DNA of 64,000 nucleotides from an uncultured Acidimicrobiales bacterium (GTDB lineage: Bacteria; Actinomycetota; Acidimicrobiia; Acidimicrobiales; UBA10347): the NCBI GenBank assembly GCA_943788915.1, contig CALSSD010000009.1, positions 62,001-126,000 on the forward strand, given 5' to 3'. A program made the translations under genes and the position numbers. The notes under the pieces were generated by a model. That model did not search any database. It saw nothing but the letters and a program-made list of their open reading frames with translations, and had not been told where the DNA came from. Shown in pieces: positions 9,205-17,896 of this stretch (within the stretch, counting starts at the first letter, position 1; each line of letters starts with the position of its first letter).

Positions 9205-10509
9205 ATGGGCTGGGACTTCGAGACCGACCAGGAATTTCAGAAAGAGCTCGACTGGATCGAGAACTTTGTTCGCGAGGAAATCGAACCGCTCGACTTCATT
9301 GTTAAAAACCCGTTCGATCTGACCGATCCGATTCGCCAAGAGATCATTCCCCCTCTGCAGAGGCAGGTCCAGGAACGGGGTTTATGGGCATGTCATCTTG
9401 GGCCAGAACTCGGCGGGCTTGGCTACGGCCAGGTCAAGCTTGCGCTCATGAACGAGATTCTTGGACGAGCTCGGTCAGCCTCGACCATCTTTGGGTGTCA
9501 AGCACCGGACACCGGCAACAGCGAGATCCTGGCTCACTACGGCACCGAGCAACAGAAGGAAAAGTTCCTCGAGCCATTGCTACGTAATGAGATCGTGTCG
9601 TGTTATTCGATGACCGAACCTCAGGGTGGCGCTGACCCAAAAGTCTTCACCGCGAATGCTGTCCAGGATGGTGACGAATGGGTCATCAACGGCGACAAGT
9701 GGTTTTCGTCTCACGCCCGTTTCGCCAGTTTCCTGATCGTCATGGTGGTGACCGAACCAGATAACCCTGCGTACCAACAACAGTCGATGTTCCTTGTGCC
9801 GACCGATACGCCTGGCGTTGAAATTCTTCGCAACGTTGGGCTTTCGTATGAGTCCGAATCCGAGGACACCGGCACTCACGCGTACATTCGCTACAACGAC
9901 GTGCGGGTGCCGAAGGAGAATATGCTCGGACCTCGAGGCGGCGCCTTTATTGTGGCTCAGACTCGTCTGGGTGGCGGGCGGATTCACCACGCGATGCGAA
10001 CCTCAGGCCGGGTCCAGCGCATCTTCGACATGATGTGTGAGCGCGCCATTAGCCGTACCACTCAAGGTGAGCTTCTGTCCAAGAAGCAGATGGTGCAAGA
10101 GATGATCGCCGACTCCTGGATCGAGATGGAGATGTTCCGGCTGCTCGTTCTGCGGACCGCGTGGCGCATCGATAGATACAACGATTACAAGCTTGTGCGA
10201 CGCGACATATCAGCAGTAAAAGCCGCCATGCCGGGCGTGTATCGCAACATCGCCAGCCGGGCGCTGCAGATCCATGGCTCGCTTGGTGTCTCGTGGGAGA
10301 TGCCGTTTGGCAAGGAGCTACTTGAGTCGTTCCATATGGGATTGGCTGATGGCCCAACCGAGGTCCACAAAGTCCAAGTGGCCCGTCGGGTGCTCGATGA
10401 GTATGTGCCGTGCGATGACATCTTTCCCTCAACACATTTGCCTAAACGGCGAGCAGCTGCCGAGGCCAAATACGCCGATGTACTTGAGCGCCATCTACAG
10501 ACCCAGTAG
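9205..10509 (+). CDS. Acyl-CoA dehydrogenase family protein
   Basis: CQAPDTGN, YSMTEPQGGADP, WVINGDKWFSS, RLGGGRIHH, ALQIHG and ADGPTEVH. Confidence 0.92.
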   Translation: MGWDFETDQEFQKELDWIENFVREEIEPLDFIVKNPFDLTDPIRQEIIPPLQRQVQERGLWACHLGPELGGLGYGQVKLALMNEILGRARSASTIFGCQAPDTGNSEILAHYGTEQQKEKFLEPLLRNEIVSCYSMTEPQGGADPKVFTANAVQDGDEWVINGDKWFSSHARFASFLIVMVVTEPDNPAYQQQSMFLVPTDTPGVEILRNVGLSYESESEDTGTHAYIRYNDVRVPKENMLGPRGGAFIVAQTRLGGGRIHHAMRTSGRVQRIFDMMCERAISRTTQGELLSKKQMVQEMIADSWIEMEMFRLLVLRTAWRIDRYNDYKLVRRDISAVKAAMPGVYRNIASRALQIHGSLGVSWEMPFGKELLESFHMGLADGPTEVHKVQVARRVLDEYVPCDDIFPSTHLPKRRAAAEAKYADVLERHLQTQ

Positions 10510-10631
10510 CACTTGTAGAAGGGTGCCTGTTGCGATGAATCCGTGATCAGCCAGACGATGGGAAACATGCGGCACCTCGTGCGCTGCGACTACTCTCAGC
10601 TCAGAACACAACAAATCCTGTTTGGAGACTG

Positions 10632-12203
10632 GTGCAACAGCAACCAACTGAAGTCGTTTCGCCGAGACACGACCCGCCACCAACTGGTGGTAGCGGCGAC
10701 GTCAGCGATGCTCTCATGGCCAAACCAACCTGGTCCGATCACGACCTCATCGGCCACGGAATCCCGATCTACGACGTGCCGTTCGTGACCGTCGGCGGAG
10801 GCCTTGGTTCGTTCGCCATGGTCGATATCTTGCGTGTCGCCGGTGTAAGTGCCGAGCACATGGTTGCGTTGAGCGACCTGGACCAACCGTCCGAAACCTA
10901 TGAGCACTTGGCCAAGAATAGCCAGATCCCTTCCCATGAACGTCTTCGCTCAGACAGCGGATCGGTCCTCGATTGCCTTTGGGGTTGGCCGGGCTATGCG
11001 TTGCGAGAGGCGATAGCCGACCGCAACCCAAAGCGGGCATGGCAGGTGATGACCGAGCCAATCCTCGCGGAGTACTTTACACCAAAAGCTGGGCAGGTTT
11101 ACGAGTCTGTGACTCGCGAAGCCAACCGTATTGGTTGGTCGTCGATGGTCAAGAAGGGTGTTGTCCGAACCGTACGCCGCAGAGAAGGCGGCGAATACTT
11201 CGTATTGTTCACGCCAGCGACCGGCACTGCAGCCACGAAACGGATTGCCTATCGATGCCGTTATGTCCACATCGCCGTCGGGTATCCCGGCGTCAAGTTC
11301 CTGCCCGACCTGCAGGCCTATCGTGACAAGTATCAGGACTACGCCAAGGTTCTGAACGCGTACGAACCTCATCTCCATGCCTACGAAGAGATGTTGCGCC
11401 GCCCCACGACCGTCTTGGTGCGAGGCAGCGGAATCGTTGCCTCTCGGGTGTTACAGCGCATCATCGACGACCGCGACAACACCGGTGCACAGACCACCAT
11501 CGTGCACTTGTTCAGGAGTTATCCCGACGGTTATCAAGGGGACAAACGGACCTTCCGCCGTCCGGCCCGGAACGGCTGGTCCTACCAAGCATTTAACTAC
11601 CCCAAGTCAGCTTGGGGTGGTCAGATCAGGTACACACTCGAAAAGCTCGAGGGCCAAGAACGCTCCGACTACATCGATCAGCTCGGCGGCACGAACACCG
11701 CGCCGCGAAAGGACTGGCAAGAGCAACTCGATCGTGGCCTCGAACAAGGCTTCTATAAGCAGCTACGAGGGACTGTGAAGACCGTCGAGCCCACCGCAGA
11801 TGGCCGTCAAGTCAACACCGTGGTCACCACACCCGATGGTTACGAACTCGGTATCGAGGCCGACTTTATTATCGATGCCACCGGCCTAGAGGCCTCGATC
11901 GAGGAACACCGCGTCTTGAAGGATCTCCTGTCCTACGGAGGCGCCGACAAGAACCCAAAGGGCCGCCTCAACGTTGATCATGACTTCCTCGTTCGTGGCA
12001 CCGAGAGTGGCGCTGGCCGATTGTATGCCTCAGGGTCAATCACGCTTGGGGGCTACTACGCCGGCGTTGACTCCTTTCTCGGACTGCAATATGCGTCGTT
12101 ACGCATAGCCGATGCCATGGCGGCCGAGGGTTTCTGCAAGAAAATCGGTCCACTTCGCTCAGCAGCGCAATGGACTAGGTGGGCAAGGAACAAAACGCCA
12201 TGA
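10632..12203 (+). CDS. FAD/NAD(P)-binding oxidoreductase of unknown function
   Basis: Two Rossmann-type motifs (VGGGLGS, RGSGIVA) and IIDATG. Conserved-looking RLRSDSGS..D.LWGWP and VDSFLGLQY segments. Confidence 0.7.
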   Translation: MQQQPTEVVSPRHDPPPTGGSGDVSDALMAKPTWSDHDLIGHGIPIYDVPFVTVGGGLGSFAMVDILRVAGVSAEHMVALSDLDQPSETYEHLAKNSQIPSHERLRSDSGSVLDCLWGWPGYALREAIADRNPKRAWQVMTEPILAEYFTPKAGQVYESVTREANRIGWSSMVKKGVVRTVRRREGGEYFVLFTPATGTAATKRIAYRCRYVHIAVGYPGVKFLPDLQAYRDKYQDYAKVLNAYEPHLHAYEEMLRRPTTVLVRGSGIVASRVLQRIIDDRDNTGAQTTIVHLFRSYPDGYQGDKRTFRRPARNGWSYQAFNYPKSAWGGQIRYTLEKLEGQERSDYIDQLGGTNTAPRKDWQEQLDRGLEQGFYKQLRGTVKTVEPTADGRQVNTVVTTPDGYELGIEADFIIDATGLEASIEEHRVLKDLLSYGGADKNPKGRLNVDHDFLVRGTESGAGRLYASGSITLGGYYAGVDSFLGLQYASLRIADAMAAEGFCKKIGPLRSAAQWTRWARNKTP

Positions 12204-12643
12204 CACCAACACTTTCCGGACGGATGCAAAGCCGTTTCGTGCTGTTGCTCATCGTTGGAGTGCCGTTGACCCTCGTGCTCGGAGCGGTGCTTCCGAGACC
12301 AACTGCAACCACCACTCTGTCTGACATGTACGAAGTCTTCTTTGCTGCCCTCGTGCTCGTTGGTGTGGTCGGCATCGTATGGGAGCTCATCTACCACGGG
12401 CTTCAGCAGTTCCGCTGGGAAAAGGATTGGCCGACGATCTTCGGCCTTGTCACCGGTATTCCCGAGGGCATCGTCGTCTACCTGCTCTTGGACCGTGGAT
12501 TCCCTTGGGAATTCGGTGACGTGCCGATCTCACTCTTTCTCCAAATGTTCATCCTGGTATGGATCGCCATTTGGCTCATCGCCAACGGCCCGCTCCAAAT
12601 CTTCTTCCCGCGTTGGCGGTACCAGGGTGGCCGGTTCATCTAA
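12200..12643 (+). CDS. Small 4-TM membrane protein of unknown function
   Basis: ATGA overlap with the upstream gene. Four hydrophobic segments, LQQFRWEKDWP and FPRWRYQGGR. Confidence 0.75.
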   Translation: MTPTLSGRMQSRFVLLLIVGVPLTLVLGAVLPRPTATTTLSDMYEVFFAALVLVGVVGIVWELIYHGLQQFRWEKDWPTIFGLVTGIPEGIVVYLLLDRGFPWEFGDVPISLFLQMFILVWIAIWLIANGPLQIFFPRWRYQGGRFI

Positions 12644-13908
12644 TGACTAATGCCTTCGATGTCGAGGCCGTCATCGACGCAAGCCACGGGCACCGAGCAG
12701 CATCCAGCCGCCTCCGCGCCCAACTTGGCCTAGGGGTGTCGGCGTCGGTCACCGTGGTCTGGATCGTCTATGTAACCGCCAGTGGGCAATGGGGCCGGGT
12801 GGGCGATCAGTGGGCGTCGGCAGTCACGATGATCTTCGGCAGCTTCGTGGCTGGCTCCACGCCTCAGGGCGGTGGGGCTGTAGCGTTCCCCGTCTTCACC
12901 AAGATCCTTGAAATCCCTAGTGAGGTAGCGAGGACGTTCTCGCTGACCATCCAGTCGGTTGGAATGACAGCGGCTTCCATCGGCATTCTGATCAATCGTC
13001 GCAGCGTCGACCTGAAAGCGATCGCCATCGCGGCGCCATCTAGCATCGTCGGGTTGTTCGTCGGGTACCTGTTCCTGACCGAATCGGACCAGCCATTTGG
13101 TCCATCGGTCCTGCCCGGTCCCTATGTAAAAGTGACCTTCACGGTGATCGTCGCAGCGATGGCGTTCGTCACGTTTCTTGGCTATCGAATTCAACTTATC
13201 GAGCGTCGGGTCGCTCTTCCCGATGGGAATCTCCGAGTAGTTTTTCTGATCCTTATCTGTGCGTTTGTTGGTGGGCTTGCGTCTGCCACCGTCGGCTCAG
13301 GAGCAGATGTATTGATCTACTTGGCGACCGTCTCGATGATCGGTCTGAGCCCTCGCGTCGGCATAGCGAGCAGTGTGCTGGTCATGACGCTCGTATCGCT
13401 GGTAGGCATGATGATTTTTGCGTTCGGCGACGGTCACCTTGCAACCCAGCTGACGACCGACGGCGCTGAAGTCCTGAACGTCGGCGGCAGGTCGGTAGGG
13501 ATGGTCGACGGAGCCATCGCTTTCAGTGCAGACGAACCATTGCCCGAGGCGAGCCGCTTCGATCTCTTCGGACTTTGGTTGGCTGCTGCGCCGGTCGTTG
13601 CATGGGGCGCGCCCCTGGGATCGGCGGTGTCGTCTCGGGCGACAGACCGCCAGGTCGTGAAGTTCGTCATCGTCCTGGCGGCGGCCGAGTTCATCTCGAC
13701 ACTTGTCTTTCTCGACGAGCTCCGCACCGACCCGGCCCTTGCACTCTTCGGCGGCGTCATCCTGGTCGGCACATTGGTGATTCTGTGGTTCGTGTCCGAG
13801 CATCGACATCGACTGTTGAACCTTCCACCGTTGGATGTCGAACGTTCTCACACTCGGGGGTCGGTAGATGTCGGCCCCAAGTTCAAGCGACAACTCAGGG
13901 GGGATTAA
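12643..13908 (+). CDS. Sulfite exporter TauE/SafE family membrane protein
   Basis: TAATG overlap. GSFVAGSTPQGGGAVAFPVF, QSVGMTAAS, VGSGAD and AAPVVAWGAPLGS. Confidence 0.75.
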   Translation: MTNAFDVEAVIDASHGHRAASSRLRAQLGLGVSASVTVVWIVYVTASGQWGRVGDQWASAVTMIFGSFVAGSTPQGGGAVAFPVFTKILEIPSEVARTFSLTIQSVGMTAASIGILINRRSVDLKAIAIAAPSSIVGLFVGYLFLTESDQPFGPSVLPGPYVKVTFTVIVAAMAFVTFLGYRIQLIERRVALPDGNLRVVFLILICAFVGGLASATVGSGADVLIYLATVSMIGLSPRVGIASSVLVMTLVSLVGMMIFAFGDGHLATQLTTDGAEVLNVGGRSVGMVDGAIAFSADEPLPEASRFDLFGLWLAAAPVVAWGAPLGSAVSSRATDRQVVKFVIVLAAAEFISTLVFLDELRTDPALALFGGVILVGTLVILWFVSEHRHRLLNLPPLDVERSHTRGSVDVGPKFKRQLRGD

Positions 13909-14721
13909 ATGAGGGAACAGCTGGCTGACTACACGATCCGACAGACGATGCGAGAGAGCAACCACGGGCTCATCTTTCTGGCGGAGCCACCCGAACGACT
14001 CGGGATCACCGACGAAGTTGTGGCACTCAAAGCGCTGCGCGGGCACAGCGACGCAGACGACTTTCGGCGTATGGCCAACGAGTTGCGACTGTTGCACTCA
14101 GTCGACAGCTATTACGTCATCGAATTACTCGACGCCGGGAATGCCGGTGGGCGACTCTTCTTCGCAACGCGATATTGTCCCGACGGCTCACTCGAAGATG
14201 CGCATGGCCGGCTGAGCGAACCGATCATTCGACGAGCGGTCAGTGACGCCGCTCGCGGCGTGCATGCACTACACGAGGTCGGCGTTGCACATCGCGATGT
14301 GCAACCAGCGAACGTATTGTTGCGCGATGGTCGCGGGTTGATCGCTGAACTCGATCTTGCTCAGCTCATCGACGGTCGCAGCACTACGGTCGGCGGCGGT
14401 CCGCTTGGCGCCCTCGAGTTCACATGTCCCGACATCATCTGGGGGCACGACGCGTCGCGCCGCACAGATATCTGGTCGCTCGGTATGACCCTCCATCGAT
14501 CGCTGACCGGCACGGGTGCCCTTGGCCTGATTCCGGCGACCGGTCTCTTGGACGCATGCCGCTATGTTCTGGAGACTCGCCCGATGATCAGCGACCAGGT
14601 TGACTCAGTCACGAGACGAATCCTTGAACGGTGTTTCTCCGAGGATCCGGCAGATCACTATCCAACTGCAGAAGAGTTCGCCGACGATCTCGGCTCGACC
14701 CTCACGGAGGTCTCCTCATGA
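13909..14721 (+). CDS. Cytoplasmic Hanks-type Ser/Thr kinase domain with degenerate catalytic motifs (possible pseudokinase)
   Basis: VALK, HRDVQPANVLL and DIWSLG are present. DFG is replaced by ELD, the Gly-loop by MRESNHG and APE by CPD. Confidence 0.8.
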   Translation: MREQLADYTIRQTMRESNHGLIFLAEPPERLGITDEVVALKALRGHSDADDFRRMANELRLLHSVDSYYVIELLDAGNAGGRLFFATRYCPDGSLEDAHGRLSEPIIRRAVSDAARGVHALHEVGVAHRDVQPANVLLRDGRGLIAELDLAQLIDGRSTTVGGGPLGALEFTCPDIIWGHDASRRTDIWSLGMTLHRSLTGTGALGLIPATGLLDACRYVLETRPMISDQVDSVTRRILERCFSEDPADHYPTAEEFADDLGSTLTEVSS

Positions 14722-16031
14722 GTGACATCGACGTAGCCCACGTGCGTTTCGAAGCTGGCAGTTTTGTACTCGTTCGAGGCCCGATCGCAACGGTGTTGTT
14801 CGACGATTCGGCGGCCTCGCCCGAGTCTGTGGCTGCGCTGATGGCAGCGAGTACCGACACTGACTACTCGGCACTGAACGAACTGTTGCTTCGTTGCGCC
14901 GAGGACAGCCGATTCGGCCGGTTCGCTGCGGTACTTAACGCCCAGCACACATGGGACCTCATCGCTACCGGGGCACTTGTTATCTCGGTCACGACTGAGG
15001 CTGCAGATCTTCAGGTTGAGCCGAAGGTCGGAACGGTCTATAGACAAGCGTTCGACGACGTCCAGAGTGTTTCGATGCACCCCGTCGATACAGCGGCGCT
15101 GCGATCTCACGAGGGCAGTGATCTCCTGTCAGGGGCTGTCCGCGCCGACCGAGTGCTGATCGGATTTACGCCTCCGGCTGTCGTGGCAGCTTCAACACCC
15201 GCGCCCGCACCCGCACCGTCGCCGACTGCGCCACCAGTACACGCACCACCGCCACCCATGCCGATGCCCATGCCGATGCCAGCACCGCCGCCACCCCTAC
15301 CACCGCCACCAGGAGCCACACCACCGCCACCGCCACACGCTCCGCCAGTCCACGCTCCACCAGTCCACGCTCCACCACTGCCACCGCCGCCAGGAGCCAC
15401 ACCACCGCCACCGCCAATTGCACCTCCCGATACGCAGAACCCAGCCGCACCTGATTTCGAGTTGCTTGACTTGAGCGCAGCGCCGGCCGTGACCCCGACT
15501 CCCCTTCCCGTCGAAGGGTCTGCCTCGCAAGCGACCTCGGCGAAACGCTCTGTCGAGGTACTCGGCGTGCGTTGTCCAGTGGGGCACCACAATCATCCCG
15601 AAGCGGTGTACTGCGCTCAATGCGGACGACGCATGGGCGTAAATGCCACCCTGGTCGCCACATTTGGCCCAAGGCCTCCCCTTGGTCTCTTCATCGTCGA
15701 TGACGGCTCGACTGCGGCGGTCGCGTCAGACCTGATCATCGGGCGCGAACCCTCAGCGCATATCGACATCATTGAGCAACGAGCTGATGAGCTACGACTT
15801 GTCGATGACAGCTCCACGATTTCTCGGGCGCACGTCGGTATCTATCTCGACAACTGGTCAGTAACCGCGATCGACCTGCACTCGTCTAATGGCACGTTGT
15901 TACACCGGAGCGGCTCGACGACCTGGGAAACGATAAGCACCGAGACCCGAGTGACGATTGGCTCTGGCGACACCTTGCGGGTAGGAGAACGAGAGCTGCG
16001 ACTCGAGCTGCACCATGTGCAGGCGCCCTAA
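14718..16031 (+). CDS. Pro-rich linker + Zn-ribbon + FHA domain protein
   Basis: ATGA overlap. CPVGHHNHPEAVYCAQCG, and FHA motifs IGR, ISRAH and DLHSSNGT. Confidence 0.85.
   Translation: MSDIDVAHVRFEAGSFVLVRGPIATVLFDDSAASPESVAALMAASTDTDYSALNELLLRCAEDSRFGRFAAVLNAQHTWDLIATGALVISVTTEAADLQVEPKVGTVYRQAFDDVQSVSMHPVDTAALRSHEGSDLLSGAVRADRVLIGFTPPAVVAASTPAPAPAPSPTAPPVHAPPPPMPMPMPMPAPPPPLPPPPGATPPPPPHAPPVHAPPVHAPPLPPPPGATPPPPPIAPPDTQNPAAPDFELLDLSAAPAVTPTPLPVEGSASQATSAKRSVEVLGVRCPVGHHNHPEAVYCAQCGRRMGVNATLVATFGPRPPLGLFIVDDGSTAAVASDLIIGREPSAHIDIIEQRADELRLVDDSSTISRAHVGIYLDNWSVTAIDLHSSNGTLLHRSGSTTWETISTETRVTIGSGDTLRVGERELRLELHHVQAP
15197..15430 (+). repeat. Low-complexity Pro-rich coding repeats (PPVHA, PM, LPPPPGATPPPPP x2)
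   Basis: Repeated ccaccgcc units and two copies of ccaggagccacaccaccgccaccgcca. Confidence 0.8.
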
Positions 16032-16044
16032 CCTCGCAACGGCC

Positions 16045-17787
16045 TCAGGACGCTGAAGTTCCTATGAATTCGACTTCGCGAATCGCTACTGGATCAAATC
16101 CGGGAGCGATTGATCGGATGCCAAGCGAACTCGTGCTCTTGAGTATGGACACTGTCTGCATTGGCGCTGCCTCGTTGAGGGTCAAGATCTGCTCAGTGCC
16201 ATCGGAGAATTCGAGAACGATTTGCCCTACGCCACGCGTCGCACTAAAGGAACCAGGAGCTTCTGGGTTCGGGCCGCTGTGAATCACTATGGAATCCAGC
16301 ATCACAGACCGACCAAAGCCAATGACCAGCTCATGACCATCGGGGTTGTTCGGCGATAGCCAGCCGGTGGCGAGATCGCCGTCGATCACGTTGTCACCGA
16401 GAAACCCTGGAACCGAATCGGTCTGTAGCACCTCGATAGCCATGATCCCAGGATCGCCTGTCGACAGCAACAAACTTGCAGCCACGACGCCACCGATGCT
16501 GACCAGAACCAACAGAAGGAGCGGTATCAGCCAGCGCTTACGCTTGTGTTTGACCCCAACCGGAGCACCGGGTGACGCCCCAATCGCTTGTGCTCTGGCC
16601 AACGGCGGCGGCGCAACCGGCGCCAATCGCCCCGATGGTGGACCAACCCCGACCGGAGCACCCGACACAGTGCGAGAATCAGGTGACACCGAGGTACTTG
16701 GATCGATGGCATCAACCAGTGGAGTCGCTAGATCAGCCACTACCGGCGGATCTGGCAACACCGGCGGATGAGGCAAGGGTGCTTCAGCCAGTGAAGCAGG
16801 GGGATCAGGCAACACCAGCGGTTCAGGCAACACCGGCGGATCAGGCAAGGGCGCTGGAACCAGTACAGCAGGCGGATCAGGCAGATCGGACGGAGCAGCC
16901 AACCACCGATCCGGAAGTCCGTGCACTTGCACAAACGGCATCGGGGTGTGGGGTTCGTTGTGCTTAGTCTGGATGTCGCGCAGTGCCATGCCGAATGCAC
17001 CGGCGCTCTCAACGCGTTCCTGTGGATCCTTTAGCAGACAACGTGCAACGAGGGCTGACAGTTCGACCGGGACATCAAACCCGGCACGAGAAACCAGCGT
17101 TGGCGGTGCTTCGGTTGCAATCCGCTGAATTGCAGCAAAGAAGTCGTCGCCGATGCCGTTTCCAAACGGGGGCTCGCCAGCGATGAGTTCAAAGAGTGTC
17201 GAGCCGAGCAAATACACGTCGCTGAGTTTCGTGGCCCGCTTCCCGTTCAGAATTTCAGGTGCAGCGTGTGCCAGGGTCGCCGTGATGACGCCGGTCTTGG
17301 TTTGAGTCCCATCACGCATTGCGGCGATGCCAAAGTCAGCGAGTTTGGCCCGTCCGAGCCTGTCAATGAGGATGTTGTCTGGCTTGATATCGCGATGCAA
17401 CACATGCTCTTCGTGTGCTGCTGCGAGTGCATCGGCCGTTTGGATCGCGAATACAACGGCCTCGCGCCATGGGATCGGGCCTGACTCGTGGAGCCGATCG
17501 CCCAGCGACCCGCCGGTAAGAAGCTCAAACGCAAGATAGGAGCGCCGATCTTCGTCAACGCCTCCGTCGAGCACGGCAGCGATATGCGGGTGCCAGGACA
17601 GTGACCCGACTACTCGACATTCACGCTGAAACCGTCGCTCAGTATCCTCGTCTGCGCTCGCATTGTGCAGAAGCTTCAACGCGACCTTGCGGCCAACGGA
17701 CTCCTGTGTTGCGCTGTACACCACAGCGAATCCACCGGCGCCAATCTTTTCGAGATTCGTGTAACCGGGGATGTTCGGGGTATCCAT
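16045..17787 (-). CDS. Transmembrane Ser/Thr protein kinase with Pro-rich linker and C-terminal discoidin/F5-8C-like extracellular domain
   Basis: Intact IGAGGFAVVY, VALK, HRDIKPDN, DFG and APE. TM WLIPLLLLVLVSIGGVVAASLL; C-terminal NVIDGDLATGW. Confidence 0.9.
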   Translation of the reverse strand: MDTPNIPGYTNLEKIGAGGFAVVYSATQESVGRKVALKLLHNASADEDTERRFQRECRVVGSLSWHPHIAAVLDGGVDEDRRSYLAFELLTGGSLGDRLHESGPIPWREAVVFAIQTADALAAAHEEHVLHRDIKPDNILIDRLGRAKLADFGIAAMRDGTQTKTGVITATLAHAAPEILNGKRATKLSDVYLLGSTLFELIAGEPPFGNGIGDDFFAAIQRIATEAPPTLVSRAGFDVPVELSALVARCLLKDPQERVESAGAFGMALRDIQTKHNEPHTPMPFVQVHGLPDRWLAAPSDLPDPPAVLVPAPLPDPPVLPEPLVLPDPPASLAEAPLPHPPVLPDPPVVADLATPLVDAIDPSTSVSPDSRTVSGAPVGVGPPSGRLAPVAPPPLARAQAIGASPGAPVGVKHKRKRWLIPLLLLVLVSIGGVVAASLLLSTGDPGIMAIEVLQTDSVPGFLGDNVIDGDLATGWLSPNNPDGHELVIGFGRSVMLDSIVIHSGPNPEAPGSFSATRGVGQIVLEFSDGTEQILTLNEAAPMQTVSILKSTSSLGIRSIAPGFDPVAIREVEFIGTSAS

Positions 17788-17896
17788 GGATTCCGTCGTG
17801 ACGTTGGCAGTGCTGGCCGCACCGCACTGCGAATCTAGCAAACGGCAGGAACGTTCCCGCGCCAACGGCTGGTCGCGGTGCATCTATGCTCTTCTC

